Shown here in pieces: positions 32,524-40,530 of a stretch of 40,700 nucleotides of DNA (its first letter is position 1; the number at the start of each line of letters is the position of its first letter). The notes under the pieces were generated by a model, which was not told the origin of the DNA, made no database searches, and saw only the letters and a program-made list of their open reading frames with translations. Position numbers and translations under genes: made by a program. This stretch comes from a virus (taxonomy: Duplodnaviria; Caudoviricetes), in IMG/VR virus record IMGVR_UViG_3300023092_000003, positions 1-40,700 of that record; one strand, 5' to 3'.

Positions 32524-33128
32524 GCCGCTATGTGATCCACGCGACCGGGCCGCTCGGCTCCATGCTCCTCCTGAATGACGCGGAAGCGGGCGGCGACAAC
32601 TCCCAGGCATTTGACACCGTCGAGGAGGCGGAGGAGTACCTCGCCGGAGAGCTTGCGGCCCTCACCACCTGGGGAGAGGACGTGAGCGCGCTCACCTACG
32701 AAATCCTGGAGCTGGTGCCCGCTTTGGCGAGCACGCACACGCCGCCCCTGGAGGGTCAGACCTACCGAATCGTCCCGGACATTGACCAGGTCGACTCCAG
32801 CAAGGGAGACCCGACCTACGCCATTCCGACGGACGACCTGGAAGAGGCCACGGTCATCACGTCCCGCGTCGCTGGAGAGGGCGACCTCCACAAGGTTGTC
32901 CTGGACATCGACCTCCCGGCCCAACTGATCCCGTCGAGCACCCCGGGGCACTTCCACCTGTATATCGACAAAGAGATCCCATGGCGGGAGTATCGCCACC
33001 TTCTGCACGCCCTCGCAAACGCGGGAGTGATCGAGGAGGGTTACGCCGGGGCGAGCACCGCGCGCGGATATACCGCCGCACGGCTCCCCTGGGTCCGTAA
33101 GCCTGAGCCGGAAGTCGGGACGCTCTAA
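32520..33128 (+). CDS. hypothetical protein
   Basis: GTG 32520; HKVVLDID, PSSTPGHFHLYID (DxD plus HxH, metal-binding/primase-like motif). Confidence 0.7.
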   Translation: MSRYVIHATGPLGSMLLLNDAEAGGDNSQAFDTVEEAEEYLAGELAALTTWGEDVSALTYEILELVPALASTHTPPLEGQTYRIVPDIDQVDSSKGDPTYAIPTDDLEEATVITSRVAGEGDLHKVVLDIDLPAQLIPSSTPGHFHLYIDKEIPWREYRHLLHALANAGVIEEGYAGASTARGYTAARLPWVRKPEPEVGTL

Positions 33129-33319
33129 TGGGCCGCCACACCCACGCGGACGGCGCTTACCGCGTCCGCGTCCAGCCCACGGGCCGGGAGCCTTACTTCC
33201 TGGGCCCATACAGCACCCCCGGGCCAGCGAAAGCCGCTGCAACCCGGGCGCGCAAGTCCCCCTATACCCGCGAGAGCGTCCAGGTCGAACGGTCGACCGG
33301 ATGGGAGGTAGTCGAATGA
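33128..33319 (+). CDS. hypothetical protein
   Basis: 63 aa; GPY.T.GPAKAAAT; coupled. Confidence 0.65.
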   Translation: MGRHTHADGAYRVRVQPTGREPYFLGPYSTPGPAKAAATRARKSPYTRESVQVERSTGWEVVE

Positions 33320-33645
33320 GCCGCGACCTAGAAAAACTGGCCGAGGTATTCCGCAAGGCATGGCACGAGGCCGACGAGCGAGGCGACAAGGGAGGCCGCG
33401 TAACGGCTGGCCTCGCCGCCGTATTCGAGGTCGAGGACGCCGACAAGGCGGACGGACGCCCTGAGTACGAAAAGCGCATTGACGCAATGAGCCTGGACGA
33501 AATGCTCCATAAGTGGCGCTTCGCCCCTCTCGGGACGTTCCAGGTCGGCGACCCTGAGACGGAGTATTTCCAGGTACGGCTTTTCCAGCTCCGGGACGAG
33601 GACCCCGCCCGCTGGGTCGCGTCATCCAAGGCGGCGAGCTATTGA
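33316..33645 (+). CDS. hypothetical protein
   Basis: GGAGG RBS; coupled. Confidence 0.65.
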   Translation: MSRDLEKLAEVFRKAWHEADERGDKGGRVTAGLAAVFEVEDADKADGRPEYEKRIDAMSLDEMLHKWRFAPLGTFQVGDPETEYFQVRLFQLRDEDPARWVASSKAASY

Positions 33646-33920
33646 CCGTCTATGACGCGCGCGGAGCGGAAATCTTCCCCGGCGATATTGCTATCTACGT
33701 CTCGGGCGGGCGGTACACCAGCCGCCACGTCGTGCGCGTAGCGGAGACCCGCGCCCAGGTCCGTATCGACCGAATCGACAACCTGGGCCGACAGCCCTAC
33801 GACGAGCACCAGGAGGCCCTCAACTGGGGGCGTCCCCAGTGGGTCGGCGGAGGGTCGCTATTCGTCGTGACAGGGCTCCCCTATGTCGAGCACCGTCTCA
33901 ACCGAAAGGCAGGCACGTGA
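33642..33920 (+). CDS. hypothetical protein
   Basis: DARG.EI.PGD..Y N-terminus. Confidence 0.65.
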   Translation: MTVYDARGAEIFPGDIAIYVSGGRYTSRHVVRVAETRAQVRIDRIDNLGRQPYDEHQEALNWGRPQWVGGGSLFVVTGLPYVEHRLNRKAGT

Positions 33921-34297
33921 CCCGGCTCTATATCGCTGGACCCATGACGGGATACCCCGAGTGGAATTTTCCGGCCTTCGCGGATGCTGCCGAGCGGCTC
34001 CGAGCGATCGGTTACGACGTGGTCTCCCCCGCCGAGGAGGACCTCTCCTCCGGCTTCGACCCGTTGGCTCCGGTCGCGCAATACACCCCCGCCATGTACC
34101 AGGCCGCTATGCGAAAAGACATCGGGCTTGTGCTCGCGTCTGACGGCGTCGCTGTCCTGACTGGCTGGGGTCAGTCCCGAGGCGCTCGGGTCGAGGTCGC
34201 CGTCGCTCAAGCCGTCGGCCTGACCGTCCGCTACGTGGACGACTGGGAAGACTACCCCCTTACAAAGAACACCCCAACGAAAGAGAGCACTAATTGA
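33917..34297 (+). CDS. nucleoside 2-deoxyribosyltransferase-like (DUF4406-type) protein
   Basis: LYIAGPMTGYP..NFPAF, V.SPA, L.GW..SRGA..E. Confidence 0.85.
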   Translation: MTRLYIAGPMTGYPEWNFPAFADAAERLRAIGYDVVSPAEEDLSSGFDPLAPVAQYTPAMYQAAMRKDIGLVLASDGVAVLTGWGQSRGARVEVAVAQAVGLTVRYVDDWEDYPLTKNTPTKESTN

Positions 34298-34686
34298 TCC
34301 ACGGCGACCGCGACGACCTCCTCTGGCTGGCTGGCCTTCTGGAGGGCGAGGGTGCATTTGACGCCCACCGGGGTAAGTACGCCCGTATCCGCCTCGCAAT
34401 GACGGACCGCGACATCGTCGGACGGGCGGCGTCCCTCATGGACTCCACCATCCGCCTGTCGCTGCACCCGGCACCGAACAAACCGACCTGGCACACCGAA
34501 ATCTCCGGGGCTCGCGCCGAGGGAATCATGCGCGAGGTACTCCCCCACATGGGAGCGCGTCGCTCGGCCAAGATTGCCGAGGTCCTCGCGGTCGCGGCGT
34601 ACCGCAAGGCTCCCGAATTCAAGTCGACGCCGGGGCCGCTGGTCACGCGTCCGGCTGGAATCGCAAAGCCGGTGACGGCGGCATGA
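34294..34686 (+). CDS. LAGLIDADG-family endonuclease-like protein
   Basis: WLAGLLEGEG.F, MTDRD.V. Confidence 0.82.
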   Translation: MIHGDRDDLLWLAGLLEGEGAFDAHRGKYARIRLAMTDRDIVGRAASLMDSTIRLSLHPAPNKPTWHTEISGARAEGIMREVLPHMGARRSAKIAEVLAVAAYRKAPEFKSTPGPLVTRPAGIAKPVTAA

Positions 34687-34832
34687 AAGACACGGTGATT
34701 CTGTTTGGGTTGATTCTCTTCCTGGCCGTCGTCGTGGCAGTGCTTATCTGGGCCGCTGTCTACGACGTGCGCTACCTGGTTGATACCGGAGTGATCCCGA
34801 CCCTGCCCGACCTGGAGAGGAGGACTCAGTGA
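34683..34832 (+). CDS. small membrane protein (49 aa, not in ORF track)
   Basis: MKDTVILFGLILFLAVVVAVLIWAAV...; coupled at both ends. Confidence 0.65.
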   Translation: MKDTVILFGLILFLAVVVAVLIWAAVYDVRYLVDTGVIPTLPDLERRTQ

Positions 34833-35032
34833 TTTACCTCCTCGGCGCTGCCCTCCTGATCCTGGCGCTGATCTGGGCCGTCATGTTTATGAGGCTCTGG
34901 GGCGACGATATGCCCGCGACCGAGGCGGCACTCGGCGCACTCATAGCGGCTCCTCTGGTCCTGGTCGCGGTTGTCGTGATCGGCGCAATCGGCGGTGTGG
35001 CTGTCCATCTAATCGGGCTGGCGTTCGAGTGA
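34829..35032 (+). CDS. small membrane protein (2 TM)
   Basis: hydrophobic; GAGGAGG RBS. Confidence 0.7.
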   Translation: MIYLLGAALLILALIWAVMFMRLWGDDMPATEAALGALIAAPLVLVAVVVIGAIGGVAVHLIGLAFE

Positions 35033-35235
35033 GCCAGTTTTTCGCCACCTTGGCGCTATGGGCGATTGGCCTCTGGGTCCTGGTGTTCCTCCGCAACTGG
35101 ATGGAATCCCCCCGGGACGCGGCTGGTGCGGCGCTCTGGGCGACGATCACGGTTCCGATAACGATTGTCCTAATTGCGCTGGTGGTTGGCGTTGTCTGGG
35201 GCATTGGCTGGTTGTTTTCGGTGGCACTTGGATGA
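35029..35235 (+). CDS. small membrane protein (2 TM)
   Basis: hydrophobic; coupled. Confidence 0.7.
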   Translation: MSQFFATLALWAIGLWVLVFLRNWMESPRDAAGAALWATITVPITIVLIALVVGVVWGIGWLFSVALG

Positions 35236-35495
35236 CCGCCGAGGAGCGCCCCGTCCCTGAGTCCGTCCTGGACGCCCAGGGAGCAAAGGTCCACGCTGGC
35301 GACCGAATTGCCTACGCCGTCCGCATTGGCGATTCCGCTGGCCTCCAGCTCGGAACCGTCCTCGCGGTCCAGTGGAGCAAAACCGGCTACGGCGAACCCG
35401 AGCTAAAGCTCAAAGTCCAGCAGGAGCGCGTCAAGTATCGAGGCCAACGACCTGGCTACCTGCACGCGAACCTCAAGCGGTTTATCAAGCTCTAA
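35232..35495 (+). CDS. hypothetical protein
   Basis: ATG 35232; DAQG..V.AGD.IAY. Confidence 0.65.
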   Translation: MTAEERPVPESVLDAQGAKVHAGDRIAYAVRIGDSAGLQLGTVLAVQWSKTGYGEPELKLKVQQERVKYRGQRPGYLHANLKRFIKL

Positions 35496-35511
35496 CCCGT
35501 TTACACGATCT

Positions 35512-35541
35512 AAGCCCCTCCCTCACCGGAGGGGCTTTTTT
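35512..35541 (+). terminator. intrinsic terminator
   Basis: AAGCCCCTCC...GGAGGGGCTT followed by TTTT. Confidence 0.82.
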
Positions 35542-35551
35542 CGTTTCCGGC

Positions 35552-35577
35552 GAGCACCTTCGGCCTCCTGGCCCCCT
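35552..35577 (+). promoter_or_regulatory. class I promoter motif
   Basis: GAGCA-N13-GGCCCCCT directly after a terminator. Confidence 0.72.
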
Positions 35578-35632
35578 CTGTAGCTGTCCCCCGCTGGGGA
35601 CGGTCCACTAACTGAGAGGAACCGCTCGCCCT

Positions 35633-36331
35633 ATGGCTAGCTCGCTTCGTATTTTTGCAAATGACCCCCAGACCGAAAAGCGCCCCCGCCAGAGCTACGC
35701 AGACGACGTTGTCGGACGCTTCCGCTCCGGCCACGTAGTGAACGGCAACCCGCAGTCGCTGGAAGAGTTCCGCGTCACCACCGGCGACCCCGCCGTCGCC
35801 GAGTCCATTTACGACCTCCTCGGAGGCGACGCTCCCCAGAAGTGGGAAGCAAAGGGCGAGGACGACATCGAAATCTTCACCGCTGCCGCGTCGGTCAACA
35901 TCATCATCCCGGACTCCGACAGCCTCCAGCAGCGCCTTGTGCTCTGGGGACGCTCGGGCAAGCCCATCTACACCACCGACGGCGAGACAAAGGACGACGG
36001 CACGCCGGACCCCGACGCTCACCTGACCATTGCCGAGCGTAAGGAATTGGCTCGCCAGGAAAAGGGACCCGCGCCCGATATCCAGCTCTTTTTCCGTCTC
36101 GCCGACGAGCCCGACCTCGGAATTTTCAAGTTCCAGACCGGCTCCTGGTCGCTGGTCACTGACCTGGAGCGCGACGGCGTAAACGACGAGCTGGCCGACC
36201 TCCGAGGAGAGGGCCCCATCAAGGCCACCCTCAAGCTGGAGCGCGTCGAGTACACCGCTAAGAACGGACCTCGCGCCGGAAAGCTGGTCTCCTACGTCAA
36301 GCCGGTCCTCAAGATTCACGGCAAGGCGTAA
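35633..36331 (+). CDS. recombination directionality factor-like / ssDNA-binding protein
   Basis: DVVGRFRSG, FRVTTGDP.VA, FRLAD.PDLG.FKF.TGSW, KPVL. Confidence 0.8.
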   Translation: MASSLRIFANDPQTEKRPRQSYADDVVGRFRSGHVVNGNPQSLEEFRVTTGDPAVAESIYDLLGGDAPQKWEAKGEDDIEIFTAAASVNIIIPDSDSLQQRLVLWGRSGKPIYTTDGETKDDGTPDPDAHLTIAERKELARQEKGPAPDIQLFFRLADEPDLGIFKFQTGSWSLVTDLERDGVNDELADLRGEGPIKATLKLERVEYTAKNGPRAGKLVSYVKPVLKIHGKA

Positions 36332-36350
36332 CCCGCACAACCCCACCCAT

Positions 36351-36390
36351 AAGCCCCCCGCTCGGCCTAACCGCTGATCGGGGGGCTTTC
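36351..36390 (+). terminator. probable terminator
   Basis: AAGCCCCCC...GGGGGGCTTT. Confidence 0.55.
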
Positions 36391-36421
36391 CCGTACCCCC
36401 TCCGACTTGAGGAGTTCTCCC

Positions 36422-36655
36422 GTGCCACTTCCCACCATCCCCGCACTCAAGCAATCCGACCGCTGCGACAGCTGCGGAGCCCAGGCATACGCCGCTGCCT
36501 GGTTCGGCGGCTCCCCTGGCCCTCTCCTGTTTTGCGGCCACCACTTCACTCGCTGGGAGGCGCGCATCCGCGAGGACGCCGTCCAGGTCCGCGACGAGCG
36601 CCACCGCCTCGCCGAGGAGGAGCGCGCCCGCAAGTCGAGCACCCACACCCACTAA
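36422..36655 (+). CDS. small zinc-binding protein
   Basis: DRCDSCGAQAY...LLFCGHH; GAGGAG RBS before GTG. Confidence 0.75.
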   Translation: MPLPTIPALKQSDRCDSCGAQAYAAAWFGGSPGPLLFCGHHFTRWEARIREDAVQVRDERHRLAEEERARKSSTHTH

Positions 36656-36662
36656 GGACACC

Positions 36663-36908
36663 ATGCGAACTACCACCGTTTACACGAAATACGCCTGCCA
36701 GCCGTGCCGCGCAACCAAGCGCAAGCTGGACCAGCTCGGCATCATCTACACCGAGATAAACGTCGAGGACGACGAGCTGGCACTCGAAACGATCAAGGCC
36801 ATGGGGTTTCTCCAGGCCCCCGTCGTCGTCCCGGCGCACGGCGAGCCCTGGTCCGGATTCCGTCCCGACCTCATTACGGCGCTGGCCGCTGTGGAGGGCG
36901 TCGCGTGA
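36663..36908 (+). CDS. nrdH: NrdH-like glutaredoxin
   Basis: VYTK..CQPC.ATK, QAPVV, WSGFRPD. Confidence 0.92.
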   Translation: MRTTTVYTKYACQPCRATKRKLDQLGIIYTEINVEDDELALETIKAMGFLQAPVVVPAHGEPWSGFRPDLITALAAVEGVA

Positions 36909-37057
36909 GAATCAGCCTCACCCTGGAAATCACCCGCACTCCGCACCCCGAGCCCGAGCAGCACGAGCACCGCGACACCGAGAGCTACGTCGAGAACGCC
37001 GCTCCGCGCATGATCGGATTCACCCCCGAGGAGGACCGCCTACGTGAGCGCCAATAA
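36905..37057 (+). CDS. hypothetical protein
   Basis: MRISLTLEI...IGF; coupled GTGA. Confidence 0.55.
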   Translation: MRISLTLEITRTPHPEPEQHEHRDTESYVENAAPRMIGFTPEEDRLRERQ

Positions 37058-37484
37058 GTCCAAGGGCACCAAGTGGGAAACCGACCTGGTCAAAGGGCTC
37101 GGCGGGTTCTTTGGCGGTCGCGCCGGGTTCGCTCCGCGTCGAGTCGCCCAGGAGGGTTTCAAAGACACGGGCGACATTCACGGTATTTCTCCCTTTATCG
37201 GCCAGGCCAAAAACTGGAAGTCCTGGGAGGACGCCATGCGCGAGGGCCTGGACGGTGCCGAGAAACAAAAGGTGCACGCGGGCGAGCCCTTTGGCGTCGC
37301 GTTCGTCAAGCGCGTGAGAAAACCCGTCGGCAAGGGTTACGCGGTTATGACCGTCGAAACCTGGGCCCGCCTGGTCATGCGCCTGGCTCGCGCCGAGGAC
37401 CTTGTCTATCGCCTGGACAGCTCCGGCGACGCCGTTGCCGCTCTAGAGGCCGAGAGCTTCGAGGACCTCAGCCGGCCGATTTAG
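37044..37484 (+). CDS. Holliday junction resolvase (archaeal-type)
   Basis: NKSKGTKWE, DTGDI.G, QAKN. Confidence 0.82.
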   Translation: MSANKSKGTKWETDLVKGLGGFFGGRAGFAPRRVAQEGFKDTGDIHGISPFIGQAKNWKSWEDAMREGLDGAEKQKVHAGEPFGVAFVKRVRKPVGKGYAVMTVETWARLVMRLARAEDLVYRLDSSGDAVAALEAESFEDLSRPI

Positions 37485-37780
37485 CCGTCCTGATTACTCC
37501 CATTTTTGGGAACCCAACGGGCCCAGCTGCCGTCTATGAACACCGCGAAAAAACACCCTGGTTCTCCGATAACGGGGACCAGGGTGTAAAGCGATTCCGT
37601 GTTCGTGGACGGGGCTTCTGGGGTCTCGTTTTCAATCATGGTTCACCTTCGGGGGTACGGCGCTGCACCCGGGGTAAGTCGAGTTTAAACGCCTTTGGTT
37701 CGCTACAACAGCGGCAATCATAGGCACCCTTTTGCGGCAATCCCTATGCGCGAACCCGCAATTCTCCCTCACCTGTCGAT
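37485..37780 (+). ncRNA. candidate structured RNA in a lower-GC intergenic gap
   Basis: nested stems 37530-37543/37599-37612 (two G-U pairs) and 37553-37562/37578-37587. Confidence 0.4.
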
Positions 37781-37784
37781 CAGT

Positions 37785-37810
37785 GAGCACGCGGCCTGTC
37801 TGGGCCCCCT
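37785..37810 (+). promoter_or_regulatory. class I promoter motif
   Basis: GAGCA-N13-GGCCCCCT upstream of the primase gene. Confidence 0.7.
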
Positions 37811-37849
37811 CTGGTGACACCAATCCCCCATAACTTCACAGGAGCACTT

Positions 37850-40378
37850 TTGAAACTGTCCGACCTGCTCACGCGCTTTGACGGCGTAGAGACCACCCCC
37901 GACGGCTACCTGGTCCACTGCCCGGCGCACGACGACGCCCAGCAGTCCCTCCGGCTCACCGTCTCCGACACCGGGAAAGTCCTGGTCCGTTGCCGCGCGG
38001 GCTGCGCGACGCCAAAGGTCATGGACGCCCTCGGGCTCACCATGCGCGACCTCGCGACGATGGAGGCAGGCGACGCTCTCCCCGACCACACCGCGACCTC
38101 CCAGGACGTGCCCGCTGACCCCGGCGCTGTCGCCGCTCTGGCTGTCCAGTTGGATGGCTGGTATGAGGCTCTGGAGTCAGGCTCCGAGGCCGCTCGCTAC
38201 GCGTCCGACCGTTTCGGCGTGAGCCGTGCCGACTCTGACCGTCTCGGCCTCGGGTACGCCGTGGACGCGATCTACGACCGAGAGGGCAACATCACTAACG
38301 GCGGTCTCCCTGGAGGCCCCCGGCTGGTTGTCCCGTTCCGCGATAAGGCTGGTGTCGCTCGCGGCTTCCAGGCTCGCGCGCTGGCTCCCGACGCCCAGGT
38401 CCGTTGGCTCGGCCCAAAGTCCCCCGACAAACAGTCCTGGGCTAAGGTCGGCTGGTTCCCCGGCTCGGCTGGTTTTGACGAGGTCATAATCACCGAGGGA
38501 CCCGGCGACGCGCTGACCGCTGCCGCTGCCCTCGGCTTCGACACCATCGGAATCCGTGGGGCGGGCCTGTCGGCTAACCCGCACGTAATCGAGGCGCTGG
38601 TCCAGCTCCTGGACGGACGCGAGGCCGTTATCGCTGGAGACGGCGACCCGGCTGGCCGTCGGTTCTCGGGCCAGCTCGCGGACGCGCTTATCGCGCACGA
38701 CCTCCGCGTCCGTATCCTCGACCTGCCCGACGGCCTAGACCTGTCGGATTGGCGGGCTCTGAACCCGACCAAGTTCTACGCCGAGGCGCACCGTGCAATC
38801 GCCCAGGCCGCGCCGGTCAAGTCGCGCACCGCTGCACTCCTGGCATGGGAGGAGGACCGCTACAGCCTCACCGACCTGGGAGCCGCGCGCTACCTCCGCG
38901 ACTACATCGAGAGTCTCGGCTCTGGCGTCCGCTACTCCGAGGAGGTCGGTTTTTTCCTTCTGGAGGAGGGAATCTGGCGACGGGATGACCGGCAGGCTGT
39001 CCGCACGCACGCCCAGAACGTCGCCGACATTGTCGCCGCATTGGGCCGGGAGGTTGCCTACCAAGCTGCCGCCGACGGCTCCAGCGATAAGGACAAAAAG
39101 CGGGCCGCGCGCCTGATCCGCTACGCGGCGCACGCTCAGACGTCAAAGGGCCTAGACGCCATGCTCCGCGAGCTACAGGCGGTGCGCGGAGTCCCGGCCA
39201 ACATTGAGGACTTCGACAAAAACCCGGACCTCCTGGCCGTTAGTAACGGCGTGCTCAATCTCAGGACCGGCGTCCTCGGGCCGCACGACGCTAACCTCCT
39301 CCTCACCAAGCGCGTCGCCCTGGACTACGATCCCAACGCCAAGGCTCCCCGCTGGGAGGCTTTCCTGGAGCAGATTTTCCCGGCTTACCCGCACCTACCC
39401 GGCTACATTCGTCGCCTGGTCGGCTACGGCATTACCGGGCACACCGTAGAGCAGTGCTTCGCGGTCCTCTGGGGCAAGGGCGCTAACGGCAAGTCCGTCC
39501 TGACGGACACGCTCACCGAGGTATTCCGGGACCACACCGTGACCACCCCGTTCTCGACATTCGAGGATCGGGCCAGCGGCGGAATCCCCAACGACCTCGC
39601 GGCGCTCAAGGGTGCCCGTCTGGTCATGGCGTCCGAGGGTGAGGCCGGTCGACGCATGGCGGAGGCAGTCCTCAAGCGCGTGACCGGTCGAGACATGATT
39701 AGCGCCCGGTTTATGCGTAAAGAGTTCTTCGAGTTCCGGCCCACGTTTCTCCTCATGCTGGCGACGAACAATAAGCCGGACTTCCGAGGCCAGGACGAGG
39801 GCCTCTGGCGTCGCGTGAAATTCATTCCGTTTGAACGGTTCTTTGCGCCGAGTGAGCGCGACCACCGTCTCGGCGACAAGCTCCTCGCGGAGGCCCAGGG
39901 CATTCTCACCTGGGCGGTCGCCGGAGCCCAGGAATGGTACCGCGAGGGCCTCTCCGACCCCGAGGTAGTCCAGTCCTCGACCAAGGAATATCGCGAGACG
40001 AGCGACGCCCTGGCGGGCTTCCTGCCTGGTGTATTCGTCAAGGTCGAGGGCGGACGCACCGACGGTAAGACCCTCTTCGATGCGTACCTGGAATGGGCCG
40101 ACGAGGAGAACCTCCCTCAGAGGGAGCGCTGGACGCGGCGGACGTTTTTCTCCGAGCTGGAGAACCGCGGATTTACCAAGCGCAAGACCAATAAGGGCGT
40201 CGCGTTCGACGGTCTGGGACGCGCCCGCGTGACGCGCCACGAGCCCGACCACGACAAGCCCGAGGCTCCCGAGGTCGGCAGAGCAGGAGAGGGCTTCCTG
40301 GCCCCCTCTGTAGCCAAGAGTGACCAGCCCGGCGAGGTCCCCGCAATCAACGGCGTGGACTTCACGGACTACCTGTAA
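37850..40378 (+). CDS. DNA primase/helicase (Zn finger + TOPRIM + D5/SF3 helicase)
   Basis: AGGAG RBS + TTG; CPAHDD, CRAGC, ITEGPGD, GDGD.AG, GKGANGKS, TNNKP. Confidence 0.93.
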   Translation: MKLSDLLTRFDGVETTPDGYLVHCPAHDDAQQSLRLTVSDTGKVLVRCRAGCATPKVMDALGLTMRDLATMEAGDALPDHTATSQDVPADPGAVAALAVQLDGWYEALESGSEAARYASDRFGVSRADSDRLGLGYAVDAIYDREGNITNGGLPGGPRLVVPFRDKAGVARGFQARALAPDAQVRWLGPKSPDKQSWAKVGWFPGSAGFDEVIITEGPGDALTAAAALGFDTIGIRGAGLSANPHVIEALVQLLDGREAVIAGDGDPAGRRFSGQLADALIAHDLRVRILDLPDGLDLSDWRALNPTKFYAEAHRAIAQAAPVKSRTAALLAWEEDRYSLTDLGAARYLRDYIESLGSGVRYSEEVGFFLLEEGIWRRDDRQAVRTHAQNVADIVAALGREVAYQAAADGSSDKDKKRAARLIRYAAHAQTSKGLDAMLRELQAVRGVPANIEDFDKNPDLLAVSNGVLNLRTGVLGPHDANLLLTKRVALDYDPNAKAPRWEAFLEQIFPAYPHLPGYIRRLVGYGITGHTVEQCFAVLWGKGANGKSVLTDTLTEVFRDHTVTTPFSTFEDRASGGIPNDLAALKGARLVMASEGEAGRRMAEAVLKRVTGRDMISARFMRKEFFEFRPTFLLMLATNNKPDFRGQDEGLWRRVKFIPFERFFAPSERDHRLGDKLLAEAQGILTWAVAGAQEWYREGLSDPEVVQSSTKEYRETSDALAGFLPGVFVKVEGGRTDGKTLFDAYLEWADEENLPQRERWTRRTFFSELENRGFTKRKTNKGVAFDGLGRARVTRHEPDHDKPEAPEVGRAGEGFLAPSVAKSDQPGEVPAINGVDFTDYL
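40281..40307 (+). promoter_or_regulatory. class I promoter motif (N14 variant) inside the primase 3' end
   Basis: GAGCA-N14-GGCCCCCTCTGTAGC. Confidence 0.55.
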
Positions 40379-40419
40379 CACCCACGGCCCAACCTCACTA
40401 CTCCGAGGTTGGGCCGCGA

Positions 40420-40500
40420 GGCCGGGGGCGGACGCGTCCACCTGGTGAAAGCCGTTAGCGAGCACGCGCGGCGAGCGGTTCGAGTCCGCACCGGCCACAA
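40420..40500 (+). ncRNA. tRNA-like RNA (acceptor stem + T arm, no canonical D or anticodon arm)
   Basis: GGCCGG/CCGGCC-A-CAA; GCGG-TTCGAGT-CCGC; CGCGT/ACGCG helix. Confidence 0.5.
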
Positions 40501-40530
40501 CCCCGTTTACACACCCCGAGAGGACCCTCT

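Noticed and set aside
34294-34686. LAGLIDADG ORF as part of an intron or intein
   Set aside because: Free-standing, coupled to intact neighbours; no split host gene is visible.
37632-37823. 63-aa minus-strand ORF as a repressor gene
   Set aside because: No HTH-like pattern or clear RBS, and it overlaps the class I promoter motif; cannot be supported.
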